A program made the position numbers and the translations under genes. A stretch of DNA of 64,000 nucleotides from Frankiales bacterium (GTDB taxonomy: Bacteria; Actinomycetota; Actinomycetes; JAFAQI01), in the NCBI GenBank assembly GCA_025980325.1, contig JAICXQ010000001.1, positions 12,232 through 76,231 of the forward strand, written 5' to 3'. This document shows positions 47,297 through 56,374 of the stretch, in pieces (the first letter of the stretch is position 1; every line of letters starts with the position of its first letter). The notes under the pieces were generated by a model, which saw nothing but the letters and a program-made list of their open reading frames with translations, made no database searches and was not told the DNA's origin.

Positions 47297-48223
47297 ATGC
47301 CGATGCTGGCGATCGATCACGTGACGAAGACCTACCGCGGTGGCGTCCTCGCCAACGACGACATCACCCTCGACGCGGCCGCCGGCGAGGTGTTCGGCCT
47401 GCTCGGCCCGAACGGCGCCGGCAAGACGACGCTCGTGAGCCAGGTGCTCGCGCTGCTCATGCCCGACTCGGGAACCATCACGATCGACGGCATCGACGTC
47501 GTACGGCGGGCGGACGAGGCGCGGCGGCTGTGCAGCTTCCAGCCGCAGGCGGCTGCGCCGGTCGAGGGTCTGACCGCTCGGCAGGCCGTCGAGATCGTGG
47601 GTTGCGTACGCGGCGGCCGCCGCGACGCCGTACGCCGCCGGGCCGCCGAGCTGCTCGACGCGCTCGATCTCGGCGAGGTCGCCGACCGGACCGTGCGGAT
47701 GTCCGGCGGCATGGCCCGGCTGACCGGCTTCTGCATGGCCGCGGTCGTACCCGGCCGGGTCGTCGTGCTCGACGAGCCGACCAACGACGTCGATCCGATG
47801 CGCCGCCGGGCGTTGTGGCAACAGATCCGCCGGCTCGCCGACGACGGGGCCGCGGTGCTGCTCGTCACGCACAACGTGCTGGAGGCCGAGCGGTGCGTGG
47901 ACCGGCTCGCCATCGTCGCCGGCGGGCGGGTCCGGGCGATCGGCGCGCCGGGCACGCTGAAGGCGGAGCTCGCGGCACCGTTACGGCTGGAGTGCACGCT
48001 CGATCCGGATCGGCCGGCGCCCGACCTGCCGGCGTCGGCGACGTTGATGGCGACGACGGGCCGGCGGCTGCTCGCCCAAGTGCAGCTCGCCGACGTGGGT
48101 CATGCGGTGACGTGGGCGCAGCGCGCGCAAGACCTGGGCGTCATCACCGAGTTCAGCGTTGCCGCCGCGTCGCTCGAGGACGTCTACGCCAACTGGGTGC
48201 AGGCCGAAGTGGCGTCCGCATGA
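47297..48223 (+). CDS. ABC transporter ATP-binding protein (ABC-2/DrrA-like)
   Basis: Motifs GLLGPNGAGKTT, MSGGMARL and VVVLDEPTNDVD. Confidence 0.85.
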   Translation: MPMLAIDHVTKTYRGGVLANDDITLDAAAGEVFGLLGPNGAGKTTLVSQVLALLMPDSGTITIDGIDVVRRADEARRLCSFQPQAAAPVEGLTARQAVEIVGCVRGGRRDAVRRRAAELLDALDLGEVADRTVRMSGGMARLTGFCMAAVVPGRVVVLDEPTNDVDPMRRRALWQQIRRLADDGAAVLLVTHNVLEAERCVDRLAIVAGGRVRAIGAPGTLKAELAAPLRLECTLDPDRPAPDLPASATLMATTGRRLLAQVQLADVGHAVTWAQRAQDLGVITEFSVAAASLEDVYANWVQAEVASA

Positions 48224-48960
48224 GCGGCCAAGGCTGGTGTGCCTGCGTGCTGTTGTTCCGCTGGCAGATGCTGCGCAACCGCCAGCTGTTCGTACTGCTC
48301 GTGACGATCCAGATCGCGCTGGGCGTCGGCGTGATCTACGGGTTCAGCTATCTGGTGCCGCACGTCGACGCCGAGGTCGCGTTGTTCTTCGCTACCGGCG
48401 CGCCGACGCTCACGTTGATCCTCATGGGGCTCACGCTCGTGCCGCAGGAAACCGCGCTGGCACGGGTCAACGGCCGCTACGACTACGTGTCCGCGCTTCC
48501 GGTGCCGCGGCTCGCGCCGATGGTCGCCGACGTCTCGTACTGGCTGCTCGTGCAACTGCCGGGCACGTTGGTGACGCTGCTGCTCGCGGCCTGGCGGTTT
48601 CATTTGCATTTCCACGTCGACGGTCTCGTGATCCCGGCCATCGTGCTCGTCTCGTTGACCGCGGCGGCGGTCGGCTACGGCGTCGCGCTGACATTCCCGC
48701 CGACGGCGACGACGCAGGTCACGCAATTCCTGTCGATCGCGTTGCTCCTGTTCTCGCCGATCGAGTTCCCGCTCAGCCGGCTGCCGGAGTGGCTGCAGGA
48801 CGTGCACCGCGTGTTGCCGGTGACGTATATGGCCGACGTCATTCGCGGTGGCCTCACCGGTCACTACGGCGTGAGCAAGTCGCTCGCGTTCGCGGTGCTC
48901 GGGGCTTACTGCGTCGCCGGCCTGGCGCTGTCGGCTCGGGCCGCGAACCGGCGCGGCTGA
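48220..48960 (+). CDS. ABC-2 family transporter permease
   Basis: Six predicted TM segments. ATGA overlap with the ATPase gene. Confidence 0.7.
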   Translation: MSGQGWCACVLLFRWQMLRNRQLFVLLVTIQIALGVGVIYGFSYLVPHVDAEVALFFATGAPTLTLILMGLTLVPQETALARVNGRYDYVSALPVPRLAPMVADVSYWLLVQLPGTLVTLLLAAWRFHLHFHVDGLVIPAIVLVSLTAAAVGYGVALTFPPTATTQVTQFLSIALLLFSPIEFPLSRLPEWLQDVHRVLPVTYMADVIRGGLTGHYGVSKSLAFAVLGAYCVAGLALSARAANRRG

Positions 48961-48972
48961 GGCCTCGCCGAT

Positions 48973-49869
48973 TCAGGCCGGTGGCCGGCCGACGACGTAC
49001 CAGCCGTCGTGGTCGACGCCGATGACTTCGAGGCCGTCGGCGAACGCGGCGACGAGCACCTCGCGCAACGCGAGCCGCCATTCGCGGGCGAGCGCGGGAT
49101 CGCGACGGCGGAGCTCGACGACGTCGACTGGGACCTGGACGAGCCGGACATCGGCCGCGCCGACCTGCACCTCGGGACCTCCGGCCGCATCGCGCCGCAG
49201 CGTCTCGACCGCTCCGCCGGCGCGGGCCGCACGAAGATCGGCCGTGGTGAACACACCGGCAGCGGCCGCGGTGGCTCGCGACGACGTCGTGCGCCACGTG
49301 ACGAGGCACCGATCGGTTTCGTCGCCGGTGTTGATGCCGTCGTCCATCGGCCCGTAGAAGTCGACGTAGTAGTGCGTGAGTGAAGCGCCGAGCTTGACCA
49401 CGTTGAAGTAGCAGTTGCGCGCGACGAGCGGATCGAACGTCCAGGTCACCCGGTCGAGGTTGTGCGCCATCGCCCAGGACCGTTGATGTTGCTTGAGCCG
49501 GTAGCCGACGCCGTGTCCCTGCCAGCCGGGCAATACTCCCATGATGTGGCTGTGCAGCAGCGGCGCATGCCCGTCGTCGCCGCGGAACCCGATCGCCGCG
49601 CCGACCGCGTGGCCGTCCCGGCGCGCCAGCGCGACGTAGTTGCCGGAGTGCGCGAACGCCCAGGCCAGCTCGGGCGGCAATGGCTCGCCGCCGTCCGCGC
49701 GCGACCACACCTGCGCGAGGACGTCGACCGCGGCGCGCGCGTCCTGCTCGGACCGGGCGAGGTCGATCGTGACGGCCGGGTCACCGAGGTTGGGCGCGGC
49801 GACGCCGGCGTTCGGTCGGGACGCGTCGGTCTGCGTCATGGCTTCGAAGGTACGAAGGACCGGAGCCAT
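48973..49869 (-). CDS. GNAT-family N-acetyltransferase-like protein
   Basis: Acetyl-CoA binding-like motif QGHGVGYRLK and the usual GNAT core spacing. Confidence 0.5.
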   Translation of the reverse strand: MAPVLRTFEAMTQTDASRPNAGVAAPNLGDPAVTIDLARSEQDARAAVDVLAQVWSRADGGEPLPPELAWAFAHSGNYVALARRDGHAVGAAIGFRGDDGHAPLLHSHIMGVLPGWQGHGVGYRLKQHQRSWAMAHNLDRVTWTFDPLVARNCYFNVVKLGASLTHYYVDFYGPMDDGINTGDETDRCLVTWRTTSSRATAAAAGVFTTADLRAARAGGAVETLRRDAAGGPEVQVGAADVRLVQVPVDVVELRRRDPALAREWRLALREVLVAAFADGLEVIGVDHDGWYVVGRPPA

Positions 49870-50180
49870 TCGGCGACGTTGAATCGCACGAGAGGCGCGG
49901 GGTCGGCTCGTTCACCCGCACGAAGCGCGATCGGGCTCGCGCGGCGCCGGCACCGATCTGTTCGGGAGCGGCGACGTGAGGCGCATCGGCGCTGATGCGG
50001 ATGACGCTGATGCGGATGATGCCGATGGACCCTGGCGGGTGCGGTGGGCGCGGTTGCACCTGTCTCTGGACCCCCAACCACTACGAGGCTTAACGTCAAG
50101 CCGCCAGCGGGTTGGGTCCGGACAACATGTACCCGGTCGTCCTCACGCATAGAGTGACCAGCCAGGACAGTGAGCGCGGG

Positions 50181-50570
50181 CTAGGGGCAGGTGGTCGCGC
50201 CCGCCGGCTGCAATGTCTCGTCGTCCACAATGCGGAGCACTCGGGTCTGGGCTTCGGCCGAGTCGACCCCCGCCGGCTTCGGCTCCGCCGTGTAGATCAG
50301 CCACAAGCGGCGCGACCCGTGCGGCAACGCGACCTTCGCGGCGATCGGCAGCACCGCCGTGACCGCGTCAACTCGCAACACCTTGGCGCCGGACACAAGC
50401 CGTAGCGCGGCGATCGCCTCGTCCGTCGAGTGCCGCATCGCGGCTCGCTCCAGCGTGCGGTCGACGTGCACCCAGCCGCAGGCCGGCACCGGCGGCAAGG
50501 TCGCGTGGGTCACCGACGACGTACACGCGGTCGCGGCCGCGCAGACACAGGCGCAAACCCCGCTACGCAC
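50181..50570 (-). CDS. Hypothetical protein (low confidence; may start internally about 50438)
   Basis: Only the C-terminal roughly 85 aa look protein-like. Confidence 0.2.
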   Translation of the reverse strand: MRSGVCACVCAAATACTSSVTHATLPPVPACGWVHVDRTLERAAMRHSTDEAIAALRLVSGAKVLRVDAVTAVLPIAAKVALPHGSRRLWLIYTAEPKPAGVDSAEAQTRVLRIVDDETLQPAGATTCP

Positions 50571-50701
50571 ACATAAAGGATAGCGGGTATCTCTACGTGA
50601 CCCGCAGTAGGATGACGATCACGCTGACCACCGTCACGACGGTCCAGCCCGCGACCATGAGCCCGTTGCCGACCTTCGACCACCGCTTCACGACCACGAA
50701 A

Positions 50702-51331
50702 TCACGGCCGGCGCCGGAAGACCGCGAGCCACGCGTCGACCGAGTCGGCCTGCGGCACCGGATTGATCTCGAACGTCGCCGGCTCGATCCGCTCCACCGA
50801 CCACCCGTCCGCGAACGACGCGCGCAACTCCGCTTCGGTCACCCGCCGCGGCCCCCATTCGCCCGGCTGCCGCTCGCTGAAGCACATGAGGTACAGCACC
50901 GCACCCGGCCGCGCGACACCGGTGAGCACCTCGACGTAACGCGCCCGCCCGGCGTCGTCGAACGAGTGGAACACACCACTGTCCAGCACCGTGTCGAAGG
51001 CCGCCGCCGGCAGCGACATCGTCAGCAGGTCACCCGAGTCGAACCGCGCGTCCAAACCGCGCGAGACCGCCTTCGCCCGTGCTCGCTCGATCGCGGTCGG
51101 CGACAGATCCACGCCGTACGCCGTCACGCCGCGGGCAGCCGCGAGCAACGTGTGCTCGCCGGTGCCACAGCCGGCGTCGAGCAACGACCCGGACAGCAAC
51201 CCGGCCTCGGCAAGCTCGGCAAAGGCGGCCTGGGGGCGGCCGATGTCCCACGGTGGCGGCGCATCCTTGCGGTACGCGTCGTCCCATTCACCGGGCGATT
51301 CGATGGGCGTCGTCATCTCGCCGCCCATCAT
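50702..51331 (-). CDS. Class I SAM-dependent methyltransferase
   Basis: Motif I LLDAGCGTGEHT and motif post-I VDLS; 209 aa. Confidence 0.85.
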   Translation of the reverse strand: MMGGEMTTPIESPGEWDDAYRKDAPPPWDIGRPQAAFAELAEAGLLSGSLLDAGCGTGEHTLLAAARGVTAYGVDLSPTAIERARAKAVSRGLDARFDSGDLLTMSLPAAAFDTVLDSGVFHSFDDAGRARYVEVLTGVARPGAVLYLMCFSERQPGEWGPRRVTEAELRASFADGWSVERIEPATFEINPVPQADSVDAWLAVFRRRP

Positions 51332-51338
51332 GCCGCAT

Positions 51339-52664
51339 CTACAGCGGCAGGTACTTGTACGCGCAGTTCGCGAGCAGCCCCCGGACCGCCGCCGTGCAGA
51401 CGTGGTAGCGGCCGCGGCCGAGGTGGAAGCTCATCGTCCGGCTCTTCAGGTACGTCTTCACGAGCGTGTGCCAGCCGGTCGACGTCAGCACCTGCAGTCG
51501 CATCAGCTGCCCGCGCACCGGCGCGAACGACGCGGTCAGCCGCCAGCCGCCGGTCGTCGCTCGGGCGACGGCTATGCCGATCGCGGTCTTGACCAGCATC
51601 GTCTTCGCCGGGCTCGACGACGCGGCCAGCGCGGACGTGCCCGGGAACACCAGCCACCACGTCGTCGCGACCGTCGGGCGCACGACGACGTGCACCGCGC
51701 CGTACGAGTCGGTCAGCATCGACGTACAGGATCCGGTGCTCTGCAATGCGGTGCGATGGCACAGGAACACGCCGGCGCCGGCCACCGCGGTGCCGGTGAC
51801 GGGATCGGAGAGATGGCCGGTCACGGCGCCCGAGTACCCGGCGAGGACCGTCGTGGTCGTCGCGATCGCCGTCGCGGACGGATCTTGCGAACCGGTCGGG
51901 GGAGTCGACGTGCCCGGTGGCATGGTCGCGGCCGACGTGTGCGCCACGACCGTCGCCCACGACAGCACGAACGCGGGGTACGTACCCGAGCCGGCGACGA
52001 AGATCTGCGCGATCGACGTCCACTGCGACTGCGCGGCGCTGGCTGTTCCGGTGATCAGTTCCTCGCCGCCGTACGACGACAGGATGTTGTGCCGGTGGCC
52101 CCAGCAGCCGGCCGCGCCGGGACCGGTGCAGTCCATGTTGAAGCTGCCGTTGGTGCCCCAGCCGTCGGCGTACATCCAGTCGTAGTCGGCCGCGAGCGCG
52201 TTCAGGTCGCCGGCCCAGTTGCTGCCCCAGCGGTTCGCGTTGAACGAGCCGATCGTCCACGACGAGAGCGTGGGATCGGCATCGTTGTTCGCAGCGGTCT
52301 GCGCCGAGCTGTCGAGAGTCGAGACCATGCCCGCCGCCGGTTGCAGCCCGCGGTCGACGCGCTCGAGGTTGGAGACGACGAAGGTCTGTTGCGCCGGTGT
52401 CATCGTGGCGAAGTCAGGCGGCAGTTGCATCGGCCCGACGCCTTCGAGCGAGCGGGCATGGTCGATCGCGGCGAGCACTGCGGACGTGCACGTCGCGGAC
52501 GTCGCGCCGTCGCTCGTGCACGTCGGCCAGTAGTCGGGTGACGGGTTCACGTTCGTCGCGGGATCGGAGATCATCGCCGACGCCGGAATTGCCAACGTGA
52601 CGGACAATCCCGACACCATCGCTGCGACGGCGACGGCAACCGCGCTGAACCGACGCCTGCTCAC
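51339..52664 (-). CDS. Secreted hypothetical protein (441 aa)
   Basis: Signal peptide MSRRRFSAVAVAVAAMVSGLSVTLAIPASA; Thr/Ser/Ala-rich; possible CAP-like HRHNILS segment. Confidence 0.55.
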   Translation of the reverse strand: MSRRRFSAVAVAVAAMVSGLSVTLAIPASAMISDPATNVNPSPDYWPTCTSDGATSATCTSAVLAAIDHARSLEGVGPMQLPPDFATMTPAQQTFVVSNLERVDRGLQPAAGMVSTLDSSAQTAANNDADPTLSSWTIGSFNANRWGSNWAGDLNALAADYDWMYADGWGTNGSFNMDCTGPGAAGCWGHRHNILSSYGGEELITGTASAAQSQWTSIAQIFVAGSGTYPAFVLSWATVVAHTSAATMPPGTSTPPTGSQDPSATAIATTTTVLAGYSGAVTGHLSDPVTGTAVAGAGVFLCHRTALQSTGSCTSMLTDSYGAVHVVVRPTVATTWWLVFPGTSALAASSSPAKTMLVKTAIGIAVARATTGGWRLTASFAPVRGQLMRLQVLTSTGWHTLVKTYLKSRTMSFHLGRGRYHVCTAAVRGLLANCAYKYLPL

Positions 52665-52766
52665 CCGGAAGTTGTCGGCGTGCGAAGCAGTCGGCTCAAC
52701 TCGGCCATTCGTGCGATTCGGTCAGGGCAGACTGGGTGGGTGGAAACGCGTCGGTTCGCCGGTCTC

Positions 52767-53318
52767 ATGCCGGTCCGCGCCGTCGCGAGCCTCGTCGTCC
52801 TCGCGGCGCTGACGGCCGGATGCAGCCGGCCGGTGCACCGGCCGCAAGCACAGCCGACGCCCACCGTGACCGTGGTCAAGCCCGCGCCGACCAAGACGAT
52901 CATCCGCTCCGGCCGGGTCGTCCGCGCCGGTACGACCGTGCCGTTCCAGGCGCAGGCCGGCGTCGCGCTCCGGATCCGTGCGTCGCGCCCGAGCGTGTCG
53001 ACGCACCGGCTGTCGTCGTCGTACGGGTACGCGCCCTCGCACGGCTATTACGTCACGTTCGTGCTGACGCTCGCGAACACCGGCACCAGTTCGGTCGACA
53101 TCGGGCCGGGCGACTTCTTCGTCCGTGTGAGCCGGCAGGGGAAGGTGACGACGCTCATGGGCAATGCGCCGTACTCCGGCGCGTCGGCGCAACTCGACAC
53201 CACGCAACTCGACGCCGGTCAGACGGTCAGCGGACCTCTCACGTTCGACGTACGCAGCTCGCACGGCACGTTGGCGTTCGCGCCGGACGGCTCGGCGGCG
53301 ATCTCCTGGACGTATTAG
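52767..53318 (+). CDS. Lipoprotein, DUF4352-like Ig-fold domain
   Basis: Lipobox LTAGCS; YYVTFVLTLANTGTSSVDIGPGDFFV resembles DUF4352. Confidence 0.55.
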   Translation: MPVRAVASLVVLAALTAGCSRPVHRPQAQPTPTVTVVKPAPTKTIIRSGRVVRAGTTVPFQAQAGVALRIRASRPSVSTHRLSSSYGYAPSHGYYVTFVLTLANTGTSSVDIGPGDFFVRVSRQGKVTTLMGNAPYSGASAQLDTTQLDAGQTVSGPLTFDVRSSHGTLAFAPDGSAAISWTY

Positions 53319-53326
53319 GTCGTCGC

Positions 53327-54154
53327 TTAGAGCGTGACGCTCACTCCGGCCGAACGCGCGATCGCGACCGGGTCCGGCGGGGCGAGCGGCGCGGTCACGA
53401 AGCAACCGGCGGGACGGCCGACGAGACGCAGCCCGGTCCGGTCACCGCTCTGGTACGACGCGGGGGTGTAACTCCCGAGCACGGGATACATGATCTGGCT
53501 GGTCGCGCCGACGTGGTCGAGGCCCACGGAGTGTCCGATTTCGTGCAATAGCAACGATCCCACGGAGGCGCCGGTGGTGAAGCCGGCGCGCAGCGGCACC
53601 CCGATCTTGAGCAGCGCGGCGCCTTCGACGACACGCAGTTGCGAGCGCGAGCTGCCGGTCCAGCTGACCGTGCCGACGCCGGCTTCGCGGCCGCTGAACA
53701 TGTTCGTGCGCGTGCCCGGTACCCAGCCGATGACGAGCTCGGCGTGGGTCGCGGCGCGTTGCTGCGCCGCCTCGAACACCAGCCGGTTGCCGGTGGGGTA
53801 GTGCAAGACGGCGTAACGCGGGACGTAGCTCGTCGTGCCGACGTAGCGGAACCGCAGCCCGCTGTCCGCGCTCACCTGCGCGAGTGCGCGCTGCACGAAC
53901 GTCACCCGGGACAGGTAGCCGCCGGTGTTGACCGCGTACGTGATCGGGTGTGTCGACGTGACGCCGCCGGAAGTGACGCACGGCGTCCAGCGCACGACGA
54001 CCGAACGGCCCGAGTACGGGTCGGTCGCGTGCGTGACGGCGTACGTCGACGTCGCCGCGGCGGCGGGGTGCGCGCCGATTGTTGCGGTCAGCGCGACGGT
54101 GGTGAGCGCCGCGGCGCCGAGGGCAGCAGAGGACAACAGGGACATGGCGGGCAC
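53327..54154 (-). CDS. Secreted zinc metalloprotease (metzincin, HEXXHXXGXXH)
   Basis: Signal peptide plus HEIGHSVGLDH. Confidence 0.8.
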   Translation of the reverse strand: MPAMSLLSSAALGAAALTTVALTATIGAHPAAAATSTYAVTHATDPYSGRSVVVRWTPCVTSGGVTSTHPITYAVNTGGYLSRVTFVQRALAQVSADSGLRFRYVGTTSYVPRYAVLHYPTGNRLVFEAAQQRAATHAELVIGWVPGTRTNMFSGREAGVGTVSWTGSSRSQLRVVEGAALLKIGVPLRAGFTTGASVGSLLLHEIGHSVGLDHVGATSQIMYPVLGSYTPASYQSGDRTGLRLVGRPAGCFVTAPLAPPDPVAIARSAGVSVTL

Positions 54155-54314
54155 AACACGAGCGTCGACCGCAAGGGTTCCCGAATTGCGCCGATTGGCC
54201 GGAAATGCCTCGGAAGGAGTAGATGTCCGCAGTCATTTTTGGCAGGGCGCGCCGGTCGCGTCGGGGGTTTGACGCCGGTCACCGGATCGGGGGTGCTCGG
54301 CGCGCCCTGTCGAC

Positions 54315-56261
54315 CTATTTCAACGATTGCGCCTGAACGCTTGCTGAAGAGAAGGCGATCGGCGCGGCGAGGACGACGTCGGGGATGCCGAACGCGTCGA
54401 CGAGCAACTCGGCGTGCGGGCGCAGTTCGCCGCACAGCGCGTTGACCGTCGCGGTCACCGCCTTCGCCCGCGCCGGCGTCATCCGGCTGTGCTCGAGGAA
54501 CCAGGCCCGGTCTCGCTCCAGGTGGGAGAGCACATGTAGGTCGCAGACGAGGTCGAGCAGGGCCGCGAGATCCGGATCGTCGCAGCGGTCGATCGCCGCG
54601 ACGAACGCCTCAAGCACGAGGCGGTCGACGTGGGCGCGGGCCGCGGTGAGCACGTGGTCCTGCGCGGCGTTGAAGACGGCGAACGCGTCGCCGCCCTCGG
54701 TGATCCCCTTGCGCAGGCGGCGGGCGAGACCGTCGAGGACGTGGCGTTCCCGCCACTCGAACAGCGACAGCTGGTAACCGCGGTCGCGCAGATCGGTGTC
54801 TTCGTCACGACCGGGTACGGCGTCGAGCAGCCGCTGGACGATGTTGCGCGCAGCGGTGCGCTCGATGACCGTCTCCATCACCTGATCGGCGACGAAGCGC
54901 ACCGTGCCGAGCGCGTCGAGGTCGCCGAAGTCCGCCTGGTAGCGGGTGAGCAGCGTCTTCGCGACGAGTTGCAACAGGATCGTGTTGTCGCCTTCGAACG
55001 TCGTGAAGACGTCGGTGTCGGCCTTGAGCTGCGGCAACCGGTTGACCGACAGATAACCGGCACCGCCGCAGGCTTCGCGACACGTCTGAATCGTGTGCGT
55101 CGCGTGCCATGTCGTCGTGGCCTTGATGCCCGCCGCGAGCGTCTCCAGCTTGCGACGGTCGAGCTCGTCGTCCTCGCTGGATTCGCTGTCACCGCCGAAC
55201 ACTTCGTGCGCCTGCGCGATCAGTTCCTCCTGCGCGAAGTGCAATGCGTACGTCGTCGCGAGCGCGGGCAGCAACCGGCGCTGGTGCTGCAGGAAATCGA
55301 GGATGATGACCTCGTCGTCCCTGCCCGGCGCCTTGAACTGGCGGCGGGCGAGCGCGTGCTTGATCGCGATCGTCAGCGCGACCTTCGAGGCGCTCACCGC
55401 GGCGCCGGACACACTGATCCGGCCTTGCACGAGCGTGCCGAGCATCGTAAAGAACCGGCGGCTCTCGTTCTCGATCGGGCTCGTGTACGTGCCGTCCTCG
55501 GCGACGCTGCCGTAGCGGTCGAGCAGCGCGGTGCGCGGCACCCGCACGTGGTTGAACGCGAGCCGGCCGTTGTCGACGCCGTTCAGTCCGGCTTTCGGCC
55601 CGCAGTCCTCGATGCTGACCCCCGGGCACGGCCGCCCGTCCGCGTCGCGGATCGGCACCAGGATCGCGTGCACGCCGTGGCTCGCGCCGTTCGTTCGCAA
55701 CTGCGCGAACACGACGGCCATCTGCCCGTCGCGAGCCGCGTTGCCGATGTAGTCCTTGCGCGCGTCGTCGTCCGGCGTGTGTACGACGAGCTCCTGCGTC
55801 GTCGCGTCGTACGTCGCGGTCGTGCGAAGGGACTGCACGTCCGAGCCGTGACCGGTCTCGGTCATCGCGAAGCAACCGAGCAGGTCGAGCGACATCACGT
55901 CGGGCAAGTAACGCTGGTGGTGTTCGGCCGTGCCGAGGTGCTGGATCGCGCCGCCGAACAGGCCCCACTGCACGCCGCTCTTCACCAGCAGCGACAGGTC
56001 ACCGAGGGCCTGTGTCTCGAACGCGGTGATGCCGGCGCCGGGTTCCTGCTCGCCGCCGACGTCCTTGCCGAACATCAGCCGCGGGCCGCGCGTCGTCGCG
56101 ATCCGCCGCGCCTGTTCCAGGACGCGCGCGCGGTGGTCGTCGATCGAGATGTCGTAGACCGGCGCGAACAGCGGGTCGCGGAGCGTCTCGCGTACTTCGT
56201 CGCGAACCCACGCCCAGCGACCGTCGAGGAAGGTACGGAGCAGTGCCCCCTGATCGGTCAC
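54315..56261 (-). CDS. Acyl-CoA oxidase/dehydrogenase family protein (648 aa)
   Basis: Acyl-CoA dehydrogenase N-terminal, middle and C-terminal domains plus an ACOX-like C-terminal extension; TETGHGSDV motif. Confidence 0.85.
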   Translation of the reverse strand: MTDQGALLRTFLDGRWAWVRDEVRETLRDPLFAPVYDISIDDHRARVLEQARRIATTRGPRLMFGKDVGGEQEPGAGITAFETQALGDLSLLVKSGVQWGLFGGAIQHLGTAEHHQRYLPDVMSLDLLGCFAMTETGHGSDVQSLRTTATYDATTQELVVHTPDDDARKDYIGNAARDGQMAVVFAQLRTNGASHGVHAILVPIRDADGRPCPGVSIEDCGPKAGLNGVDNGRLAFNHVRVPRTALLDRYGSVAEDGTYTSPIENESRRFFTMLGTLVQGRISVSGAAVSASKVALTIAIKHALARRQFKAPGRDDEVIILDFLQHQRRLLPALATTYALHFAQEELIAQAHEVFGGDSESSEDDELDRRKLETLAAGIKATTTWHATHTIQTCREACGGAGYLSVNRLPQLKADTDVFTTFEGDNTILLQLVAKTLLTRYQADFGDLDALGTVRFVADQVMETVIERTAARNIVQRLLDAVPGRDEDTDLRDRGYQLSLFEWRERHVLDGLARRLRKGITEGGDAFAVFNAAQDHVLTAARAHVDRLVLEAFVAAIDRCDDPDLAALLDLVCDLHVLSHLERDRAWFLEHSRMTPARAKAVTATVNALCGELRPHAELLVDAFGIPDVVLAAPIAFSSASVQAQSLK

Positions 56262-56374
56262 GCTTCATGGCTACCCATCCGGCGGGCGGCAAACGCGCGG
56301 CGGCCGCGCCGAGCGAACGCGAAAACGCCGCCCGGTCGACAGTGACCGGACGGCGTTTTCGGTGTCGGAGGAGC

